Source: Octopus vulgaris (lineage: Eukaryota). Taken from it: a stretch of 64,000 nt of DNA. A program made the position numbers and the translations under genes. Positions 53,521 through 64,000 of this stretch are shown here, one piece after another. Below the pieces are notes generated by a model, which did not search any database, was not told where the DNA came from, and worked only from the letters and a program-made list of their open reading frames with translations. The DNA lies in assembly GCA_951406725.2 (NCBI GenBank), contig OX597833.1, positions 69,254,001 through 69,318,000 on the forward strand, written 5' to 3'. Every line of letters begins with the position of its first letter. The first letter of the stretch is position 1.

Positions 53521-55043
53521 TCATCTGGTTTCATATACATCCATCCATCCATCCATACATACATACATACTTACATACAGAAATAATACCACACATGCAG
53601 ATATATATTACTTAAGAAATTATCATAACTTTCATGTATTTCACGCAACTTAATACGCCACCCAACCGATGATAAAATTCATATGCACACATAATATCTA
53701 ATCTATTTAAAAACTACCTGGCGATATTTGTGAACAAAATGGTTTATCTCTCTTTGGCCTACACACATACGGGTGTTTTATTTTCCGTATCCCGTATTTA
53801 TCGCTTTCAATATGTTTTCTCTGATCACCTTTTACGTTGTTATATAATTATTCAACCGTTTTCGACATTATGATCTGATTTGCTACCAAAGTGAAACAAT
53901 GTCTGTTTCCTAGCTGAATCCTTTCATAATCTTTAAATATATTGTCGTTTGATTTTAAAGCCATTACGGTTTCCTCCTTCGCATATTTCAGATTATTTGA
54001 TCTCTTCTTTTCTTTCAGGATGATTATCAACAATCCATAAATCCCCTTTGAGGTAGAATCAATTTTGGCTTTACACGCAGGATTATTAAATCAACTCTCC
54101 GAATTATCTTTGGGTAAGTAAATACCTACAAACGTTGGTCCTTGGATGTTACAGATTATGGATTTTGAACGAGCTTTATGTTTCTATGTACAGATTTTTC
54201 CTCTGTTTAATCTTTTCTTAATGCCGATTTATAAAGAACATCAAATAAACATTATCATCCACAGGGAATTAGATTCCATACATTTTCTCTGCTCAACTTT
54301 GTATCCACGAAATATTTTACTCGCTGTTTCGTATCTCTCTTTTAATCATTGAAACATCAAGTGGACCGAATTGTACAAACAATAGAACACCAGAATAAAG
54401 GAAATAAATGACTTTCATGACTACGGTGTGATGAAGTCTGCTTGAGGACAACGTGGTCTCGTGTTCGATCTCACTACACAACATCTAAGATTGTTCTAAC
54501 ATATACTCAGGACACCGAAACAAATAAGATGAAAACAGTTTGTTAGTCGCAGGCAGGACATTTCTTGTATTTAAATAGTAGGATTAATCAAATGACGGAT
54601 TAAGAAAACAAAGCTACATGGCAGTTAAAGCAGTTGAATGTCATATAATCCGGTCTGAGATGAAATATATAACCTTCGTATATCTCAAATCATCTCCAGA
54701 ATGTCGCGAGCCTTGCCTTTCTGCCACTGCAACTGTAGAAGTGTTTGACTCAAGTCCACTTGATTTCAGGTTTTGAGAATGAAATTTTTAAAAAATGTCT
54801 GTTACACCCACGAAATAATGTAAGTGTTCATATGTTTAGGTCGTTTACTTACATATGTTAAAGAAAATTGGACAACAAAACGAAGGATTTGTTGAACTTA
54901 TAGGAGATTAGAGTCGTATTAGACGCCTCACTCGTATAATTATCGGACCGAGAGTCTAACTACGGTCCTCCCGTAGCACTTACATGGCCTTACCTGCCAT
55001 CTTCGGTCTTCTGGATACCAATACCTCTCATATATATATATAT

Positions 55044-55082
<39 letters not shown>

Positions 55083-55120
55083 CATGCATACATACATACA
55101 TACATACATACATACATACA

Positions 55121-55152
<32 letters not shown>

Positions 55153-55200
55153 GATATATAGATATATTAATATTTGTATATGTAACGTAAACATATATAT

Positions 55201-55567
55201 GTGGGGGGAGGCGCAATGGCTCAGTGATTAGGGTAGCGGACTCGCGGTTTCGATTCCCAGACCGGGCGTTGTGAGTGTTTTTTGAGCGAAAATACCTAAC
55301 GCTCCATGAGGCTCCGCCAGGGGGTGGTAGCGAACCATGCTCTTCCACCACAACTTTCTCTCACTCTTTCTTCCTGTTTCTGTTCTACCTGTATTTCAAA
55401 GGGCCAGTCTTATCACACTCTGTGTCAGTCTCAATCTCCCCGAGAACTACGTTAAGAGTACATGTGTCTGTGGAGTGCTCAACCACTTGCACGTTAATTT
55501 CACGAGCAGGCTGTTCTGTTGATCGGATTAACTAGAACCCTTGTATCGTAATCGACGGAGTGCCACA

Positions 55568-55568
<1 letters not shown>
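55201..55568 (+). mobile_element. SINE group C head with tail type 2
   Basis: ggaggcgcaatggctcagtgattagggtagcggactcgcggtttcgattccc head as at 13906 and 40945, but the tail is gtggagtgctcaaccacttgcacgttaatttcacgagcaggc...gtaatcgacggagtgcc. Confidence 0.85.
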
Positions 55569-55605
<37 letters not shown>

Positions 55606-55917
55606 ACGTGTGTGAGTGTCTGTGTGTCTGTGTATGGATAAGCATGCAAGTAAATATATATTAAGTTTCTCTCCTTAGCCATATGTTCATAGGGCAGGTT
55701 CCTTTGGCGCATATATATATTTCGTAACCGAAAGGATTGTTAAATTAACCACGAAACTAACCGTATGCCACACCATAACGACACACCGGATACTATATAT
55801 TCACACAACCACTGTAATGATAACAAAAGAGAGAGCCATGGCTGGAAAGTCTTTCATTCTCTATTCAACAATGATCGACTGATGTGTAAACTAGAGACAA
55901 AGCGACGTTAAAATATT

Positions 55918-56143
55918 ACCTATTTCTTTCCTACCCACAAGGGGCTGAACACAGAGAGGACAAACTAGGACAGACAGTCGATTATATCGACTCCAGTGCG
56001 TAACTGGTAATTATTTAATCGACCCCGAAAGGATGAGAGGCAAAGTCGACCTCGGCGGAATTTGAACTCAGGACGTAGCGACAGACGAAATACCGCTAGG
56101 CGTTTCGCCCGGCGTACTAACGTTTCTGCCAGCTCGCCGCCTT
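55918..56143 (-). mobile_element. SINE group A, full length
   Basis: Reverse complement of the 18138-18374 type, from the cctatttcttt tail to the ctgccagctcgccgcctt head. Confidence 0.92.
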
Positions 56144-56469
56144 TAAAATATTACCGTTTACAAATGCTTCTGTCTTCGTGTTTTCTTTTTTCTTGTGTGT
56201 GTGTTTGTGTGTGTGTATGGGTGTGTGCGTGTGTGCGTGCGCGCATCATTTTCCTCCCGTGAACAATCAAACACGGCTGAATTTATCCTTGTTAACAAGT
56301 ACATTAGAAGGACTTCATGAAATTGGATACGACAGTCGCCAGCGAGTGTTAATGGTTTTCAATTAAATAAATTGATGTTCGAATGAGAGAAGAAGAGAAG
56401 ATTTCAAGTACTTGGGCAAACGAATATCAAAAGGTAAGAAGTCACCAAGTTACCATATCTATATGTGTG

Positions 56470-56557
<88 letters not shown>

Positions 56558-56558
56558 A

Positions 56559-56592
<34 letters not shown>

Positions 56593-56772
56593 TCATGTAT
56601 GTATGTTTCTTTCAGATTTTAGTTGCAACTGAATCTCCGATACAAAGAACCTGTTCCCAGCGTTCAAGGAAGGTGATTTGTAATATAAAATGGTTATTTA
56701 TGAAGATAAAACTCTTGAAAACTTAATCCTAAGGTAGTTAAGCGTAATTGAATATATGTGAACATGTGTATA

Positions 56773-56839
<67 letters not shown>

Positions 56840-57025
56840 GCATTCAATACGTGCTGTATTCCCAGTTTTCTCAGTTGCCACTGAAGTATGTACATATAAT
56901 GATACTCGTTATATGATGCAATTGATATCGCATTCTGCATTCACATTTACTTGCGTCCATACATACACATTTAAATTCAAGTCACAATATATGGATTCAA
57001 GGAATACGGTGATAATGTTGATTTA

Positions 57026-57329
57026 TGTGGGTTAGTGGTTAGCGTAATCGGCTGACGACTGCGAGGTCGTGCTTTCGAATCCCGGCAACGTGTTGTTTCC
57101 TTCACCAAGGTATATTCTTTCGCGTTCTTGCATTCCACTCCGTTGAGAAACATCAGATGTACCTATAATTCAATCGTTTTTCTTTTTGTCTACATATTCT
57201 GCGTCACGCTTAATTTCCCTGATAACAAGTGTTTGTGGAGTCCTCAGCCCCTTGCATGTTAATCGCGCAAGCAGGTCATTCCATTGATGGCATCATCTGG
57301 AAACTTGTGTCGTAACCGACGGATGCCCA

Positions 57330-57330
<1 letters not shown>
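57026..57330 (+). mobile_element. Older tRNA-headed SINE with tail type 2
   Basis: gtgggttagtggttag A-box and ttcgaatccc B-box. The tail gtggagtcctcagccccttgcatgttaat...gtcgtaaccgacgga is homologous to 55470-55565. Confidence 0.7.
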
Positions 57331-57403
<73 letters not shown>

Positions 57404-58201
57404 GAATTGTCCTTGCACAGCTTCTAATTCTTGAGATGTTCTACGGTGCCAGCTGTTCACTACCAGTGAACTAAGGCAGCACCCCTCATTTTTCGAGCAC
57501 CATCCGGAGTATTCCAGCGGTTCCGATCAGTGCTGTTTTCTGTAAGTGCTCTACTTTTATTGGAGCCCCTGTTTGTTGCATGTACTTCACAAGATTTTTA
57601 CTCACTCTTCGCAAGGGCGCCGACAATTACTGGTGCAACTGCCACCTTTTTCGTGGCCCACAACTGCTCAAACCCCAAATCTAGCATGTCATATCTATCT
57701 ACATTTCTTTCTTCCTTATTGCATACACTGTTGTCAGCTGAGCCTGCTACATCGATGATCCAGCATCTTTTGCTTTCTTTCTCAATAAATACTATGTCTG
57801 GCTTCCAATCCTCTGTCTCAATCTCGCACTGAATCATAAAATCCCATAGTATCATTGCATTATCATTTTCGATGATACCTACGGGTTTAAGTTCGTACCA
57901 CTTTTTTGCTCTGTCAAGTCCATACTTGTTGCAAAGTTTCCAATGGACAATCCTTGCTATATTGTCATGACGTCTCTTATATTCTTTCCGAGCAACTGGC
58001 GTACATTGGCTGGTAATGTGCCATACGGTTTCACCATTTTGACCACAAATTCTGCACTTATCACTTTCTGATGTGTTATCTATTTTGTATTAGATGTATT
58101 TAGTTCTTAATGCTTGCTCTTGGGCAGCACAGGTTACAGCTGCCGTTTCTGCTTTTAAATCACTTTTAGTCATCTGTAGTAATCTGTTTTCTGTCTATCC
58201 A
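57404..58201 (-). mobile_element. 5'-truncated R4/Dong-type LINE inserted within a (TAA)n tract
   Basis: Minus strand reads AAQEQALRT..DKCRICGQNGETVWHITSQC (CCHC) ..EYKRRHDNIARIVHWKLC..ILWDFMIQ..KPDIVFIEKESKRCWIIDVA..VIVGAL. (ATT)n flanks it at 57330-57403 and 58202-58348. Confidence 0.92.
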
Positions 58202-58348
<147 letters not shown>

Positions 58349-58897
58349 GAGTGAGAGAGCAGTTCATGCCATCAAAGTGACACTGGGGTAAAATATACGA
58401 AGCCCAATATACCCATCATGACTACCCGTCTGATAGGGGTACACCAGGCACATGCATCACAACCATATGTGCGCGACATGGTGATATCATATCAAGATAA
58501 ACAGCACATGACCTTGCAGGTGGGGCCCAGTTAGAATTTTCTTCAGGTTGAGTAGCCCATCCCGCTCAAAAGGTCCCTGAATAAGGGTTGTTTAAGGATG
58601 TTGAAAGAACCACCCATGTTTCCAGAGGTGAATTATTCAAACCCCAAAGAATCCCTCTCAACACATGACTATGATGCTCCCCCACTACTTCTGCTCGTGA
58701 TCAGAGATGCACATAACGTCAGTCACTAAGGGGCAACTGGTTAAGATCAAAGAACTGATAAGCAAATCTGTGGTATGGAGCAGAATATTTGCTGTAGCCC
58801 ATCTTTTATACCAAGACAAAACAATGTACATGATAACACTTCCAATCAGTTAAGATCAGAGGCCATGAGAGCCACTGCCTGGTACTGCATCAGGGCT
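58349..58897. mobile_element. Unclassified ~550-bp insertion inside (ATT)n
   Basis: A sharp-edged, higher-GC, non-coding block (gagtgagagagcag...ggtactgcatcagggc) with (ATT)n in the same orientation on both sides. Confidence 0.6.
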
Positions 58898-58907
58898 ATC
58901 ATTATCA

Positions 58908-59010
<103 letters not shown>

Positions 59011-59018
59011 TAATATTA

Positions 59019-59058
<40 letters not shown>

Positions 59059-59750
59059 AAATATATATACATACATGTATGTAGATATATATCTACATAT
59101 AGATCGATAGATATATAGATAGATATGTATGTATGAATTAAGTGTGTGTATATATGTGTATGTATACATACATGATAGATTACTCTGTATTTGTAGAGTA
59201 CACATTTATTATTCTTCTTGACAGTTTTAAGTCGGAAGATATTATATAAAGACAAAACTAATTCGAATGCATTGTATTCCGATTATGACTTTACCAACCA
59301 AAACTTCGAAATCATTGTCATCAACATTCTTGCTTAATAACAAGGTATATATTTATATATATATATTTGTATGTGCGTGTGTATTCATGTATGTACATGC
59401 TTATATACACGTATGTGTGTCGTGTTTGCGTGCATATGTATATATATACATACGTGTTGCCATGTATTTATATATACACTGATTTGTGCATACCTGTGTG
59501 TGAGTGGCTGGGTGTCTGCTTCACACCACCGGAAATGAAGGTGATATCAGCGTAGTGCACAGCAGCGATTAAGCGATATCAATAATGATCACTTTTTATC
59601 TAAAAATCTCTCATTTGCAAATAGTAATAAACGTCCCAAAAGGCTAGTAAGACTACTAATGAACCATTGAACTCAATTATTCTCAGTAGAGGCTTTAACA
59701 CAATCAGACACACACACACACACACACGCACACACACACACACAAACACA

Positions 59751-59786
<36 letters not shown>

Positions 59787-61446
59787 CACAAACACACACA
59801 AACACACACAAACACGCACAAACAAGCACAAATCACAACTTGTAAAACGAAGTTCGAATATGAAGTATTAATTTAGATATAAAAGCACCAGCAGCATTTT
59901 AAGTCCTGTTATCTTTACAGATGGTCGTGTCAAAAGAAAGGCGTGCTTTTGCTTTCAATACGATCAAATTGTTCTTTATTTTCAATTACTTATTTGTCAC
60001 TTTATCTTTAAATTCAACATGATCGAACCGTCTCTTGTTACCCAAAGCGTAAGTGACTTGAGAACTTTTATCAGGCCGTGTTAGTAGTCAACATTTCCGA
60101 CGAACTATCTGAAAAACTAATCGATATTATCTCTCAGATCAGTGCCAAGAATAACAGATCGATGAATTTTCAATCTACTTGGAAAACATCTAAATATGTT
60201 TGCAGAGTTTATGGACCGTGCTGCACCCAAATTTATATTATTTCTTCTGAGCTAAGCAGCGCCTCTATTCTATATAAAACCTATTATTTGTATGACCTAC
60301 AAATTATGATTAAAGACATAAAAAATATATATATATTCCCCACCCACTGTAAAAAAGAAATAAAAAGAAAAAGTAATAACAGACAGAATTTTTTGCCATG
60401 CATCGTTACAAAATGAATATATCAAATCTGATATCTTCTAGGAATCTTTTGTTTTCTTTTTTTAAGTTAGTACAAATGTAGTCTTTGAACCGCTGACGGT
60501 ATATAGTACGAATAAAACACCGGAAAATATTAAAGTTAGATACACTGGTAAGTATACATTATTCTCCTTGTCTCAGTGTGATTAGATAGATAAGGGGGCA
60601 CAGTTCTGTATAGGGAAACAAAAAAAGGTTCAGAATGCCAAACAGGAATACACAAATCTCACATGACTTGGATTGAATGTGTATATGCAAACTGGTTTAT
60701 ATATAAATTTTGTATTAATGTTATCTTCTATCTTGCATATTTTTTGTTTTGGATATAGGAGCTCGGACATGCTGAAAGGTTCAGTCGAACAAATTGATGC
60801 CTGTACTTTATTCTTCCAAGATTGGTACAGATTCTGTCGGAAGATTTATGCTGTAAATTAACCAGCACCAGTTGTGAATCGGTGTTGAACATTAGCTCAA
60901 TAATTAAAACAAGAAATAAGAAGGGCTACTCCCGACATATTTGAACATATTGAATGTCTTTAATAACCAATTATTATACAAAATAGTAAGAAGAAAATCA
61001 CAGCGTAGCACACAATTAGTGCAGACGAGCAGATGCGCAGAATTGGAATAATAACAAAAAAATAAACTGTTGTCAATTAGGTGGACGCCATCTGCGCGAG
61101 AAAAGGAAAATAAAGGAATGCTTAAATTGTGAAAATTAAAAATTTAATTAGAAATAATAATGTGGTGAGAAAGAGACAACTGAATAACTGGAGGAATCGC
61201 TGTTGGTCAGTTTTCTGTTGGGTTTGCTTTCTTCGAAATTGATGACTGGAGCCTAATTAGTAAAAAAAAAGTATTTTAATCATTTTGCAAACACGGAACA
61301 TATGAGGACTCACAGCGTGGTTTCAAATTAAAGAGACAGATAAGGAATTTTCATGACTTTGATAAAGAAAAAAATCTATGCAATTTTGACGAGACGCATG
61401 TGTACGTATAGGTATATACCTACGCGCACACATTTCTTTCTCTCTT

Positions 61447-61839
61447 TCTCTTTTACTTGTTTCAGTCATTTGACTGCGGCCATGCTGGAGCACCGCCTTT
61501 AGTCGAGCAAATCGACCCCGGGACTTATTCTTTGTAAGCCCAGTACTTATTCTATCGGTCTCTTTTGCCGAACCGCTAAGTGACGGGAACGTAAACACAC
61601 CAGCATCGGTTGTCAAGCAATGCTAGGGGGACAAACACAGACACACACGCATATATATATATATATACATATATACGACAGGCTTCTTTCAGTTTCCGTC
61701 TACCAAATCCACTCACAAGGCATTGGTCGGCCCGGGGCTATAGCAGAAGACACTTGCCCAAGATGCCACGCAGTGGGACTGAACCCGGAACCATGTGGTT
61801 GGTACACAAGCTACTTACCACACAGCCACTCCTGCGCCT
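61447..61839 (-). mobile_element. SINE group B, full length, young
   Basis: Runs from the cttttacttgtttcagtcatttgactgcggccatgctggagc tail to the cagccactcctgcgcct head. Near-identical to 21914-22379. Confidence 0.93.
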
Positions 61840-62373
61840 ATACATACCTACATACATACACATTCAGGCAACTAATAACATCCACAACTATATTATTAAT
61901 ACATTTGGAATTTACACAAACGCACGCACACATACACACGCATACACACACAGTCACTCATACACATTGACTCATACACACACACACACACACACACACA
62001 TTCTCTCATTCTCTCTCTCTCTCTCATTCACTCACTCACACACCCACTGGCCTTGCTTCTGTTGGCTCTCAGACAACTAGACGCCGCCAGCTCTCTGTCC
62101 AGCAACGCTGTGCAAAAATTCCTTTTCTAACAGGGCGGTTGTCGCTGATTCGCCGATTTTTCTCTCAGAAAACTACGTGACCCGATTTGAACAATAGGAG
62201 CCTTTAAGCCTGAAAGTGAAGGGTTTCCTCTAGAACTTCGAGAACTTTAAATCGTATGGAGCCGAATTAAATTGTTCTAAATAATAATGCATGTGTCTCC
62301 TACTAAATGTACGAAGTGCCCTTTCCTCTCGCTTGTCGACTCACTCAGACACAATCACAAACACCCACACACA

Positions 62374-62427
<54 letters not shown>

Positions 62428-62494
62428 TACGCACACACACACACATATATAAATATATATGTATGTATAGATACATAGATAGATAGACAGACAT

Positions 62495-62562
<68 letters not shown>

Positions 62563-62837
62563 AGGGAGAGAGAGAGATAGATAGATAGATAGATAGATAG
62601 ATGTATTATGTAATTTCTGTGAGGTTTCCCGAAAAGGAATTTATTTGGATGGTATTAGAATTTACTAAGCGAATTGGTTTCTTATGGAAGACACACACAC
62701 CTGCAAGGATCCGCGACGTTAAGCATATATACACATAGAAACACACACACACACACACATACATATATTTATATTTTTTTTTATATGTATAGCTCTCTAT
62801 ATAGACTTGTGTGTATTTGTTTTTGGGTGTGTGTATG

Positions 62838-62877
<40 letters not shown>

Positions 62878-63919
62878 AATTAAGGACTGAACACGAAAAA
62901 GTGGACAGTCAACATGCTAGATATAGACGTCAAATCGCCATTCTCCACAAAGATTTTGTTCTCAAATAAAATAAAATTCAGCACGACCTAAAACAATAGA
63001 TAAGACATATATATATATATATATATATATACATACATATAAATGTATATATATATGTATATACATATATATATATGTATATATATATGTATGTGTGTAT
63101 ATATGTGTGTATGTATGTATGTATGTATGTATGTATGTATGTATATATGTAAGTACGTATGTATACGTCATCTATTAATACGATTCAAATCAAATGTGTA
63201 TGTACAGGTATTCATACGTCTCTGTATATAAATATGTATACGTACATGTATGTATATGTGCGTGCCTATGTGGGTACACATATCCTTTCGTATTAGTACC
63301 ACAAATCTCAGCTGACGATAACTCTCTTCATGGAACATATACACATACTTAACATTTTGAATCTGATTTCTGTTTGCATTTTTGATCGAAAGAATATGGT
63401 GCCCAATGTGAAGTGTAATTCTCCATTTATGATTGAAAAAGAGTATCATACTGTTACAGGAGAGCACATATTCTCTCTAATGAAAGAGAATAAAATAAAG
63501 AAGATAACATTAAGAACAGCGGGGAATGTGAACACTAAAAGACGAAATAATTTAATAAACCAAACAATTACTGTTATGTGCTTTAAGCGGAGTTCAGCAA
63601 TATCTGTATGAAACTTATAACATAAGAAAAGATTTCTATAATACTTAATGTACTTAACTGTGAAAATATTGTAAATTACTAGTAGGATGTTCTGAACGTT
63701 ATGAATTATTGCATATTAACAAAAATATTTCTTTTATAATTGAACTAGTTACGGCATCTATTAATACAATTCAAATGAAATTTCTTTTCGTATCGATTTT
63801 CTGAGATATTAAATTCCAGTTGTAAAATTGTCTCCAGTCGCTTGTAAATTACCAATTTTATCTGTATGACTATTTGCAGGAGAAATTCATGTGTATTCGC
63901 AAGTTATACTCACACAAGC

Positions 63920-64000
63920 AGAGGTAAAGTGCGCTAAGAAATTTGTTTACTAGCCTCATGGTTCCAGGTTCAGTCCAAATGCATGGCACCTTGGTTAAAG
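63920..64000 (+). mobile_element. SINE group B head, truncated by the window end
   Basis: catggttccaggttcagtcca.atgcatggcaccttgg. Confidence 0.65.

Noticed and set aside
53848-54120. Faint resemblance to a hAT transposase C-terminus
   Set aside because: Too few conserved residues and no TIRs found.
60078-60416. 112-aa non-repetitive ORF (MLVVNISDELSEKLIDII...)
   Set aside because: GTG start, no recognisable domain and no convincing splice context. Compatible with chance. RNA-seq or tblastn would be needed.
61610-62080. Recurrent peptide SARGYSRRHLPK...SGTEPGT in several ORFs
   Set aside because: It is the antisense translation of SINE group B copies, not a gene family.

Overview
AT-rich, extremely microsatellite-dense eukaryotic non-coding DNA (intergenic or intronic). 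The SINE repertoire and the (TA)n/(CA)n/(TAA)n/(GATA)n load resemble a coleoid cephalopod (Octopus) genome; this is inferred from recalled repeat families, not from a search. I can support no intact host protein-coding gene: nearly all ORFs in the track are translations of simple repeats or SINEs. The window is a mosaic of (i) three tRNA-headed SINE groups with shuffled modules, (ii) decayed LINEs: R4/Dong-type RLE elements sitting in trinucleotide tracts, CR1-type 3' ends and an L1/Tx1-like RT scrap, (iii) Penelope-like (GIY-YIG) remnants, (iv) two non-autonomous Helitrons and a Tc1/mariner-type MITE. The best signal is a set of hammerhead-ribozyme (HHR) motifs. Two near-complete type I HHRs (21634-21674 and 43563-43608) show compensatory stem changes and head a shared ~190-nt downstream module; one is the centre of a ~420-bp palindrome. 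Several minimal HHR-like cores with a CCGACGA variant lie in short elements embedded in (TA)n. Other notable items are a LINE 3' end sharing its tail with an abundant SINE, a tandem SINE trimer with identical junction positions, and several long hairpins. Coordinates were read by eye and boundaries of decayed elements are approximate.
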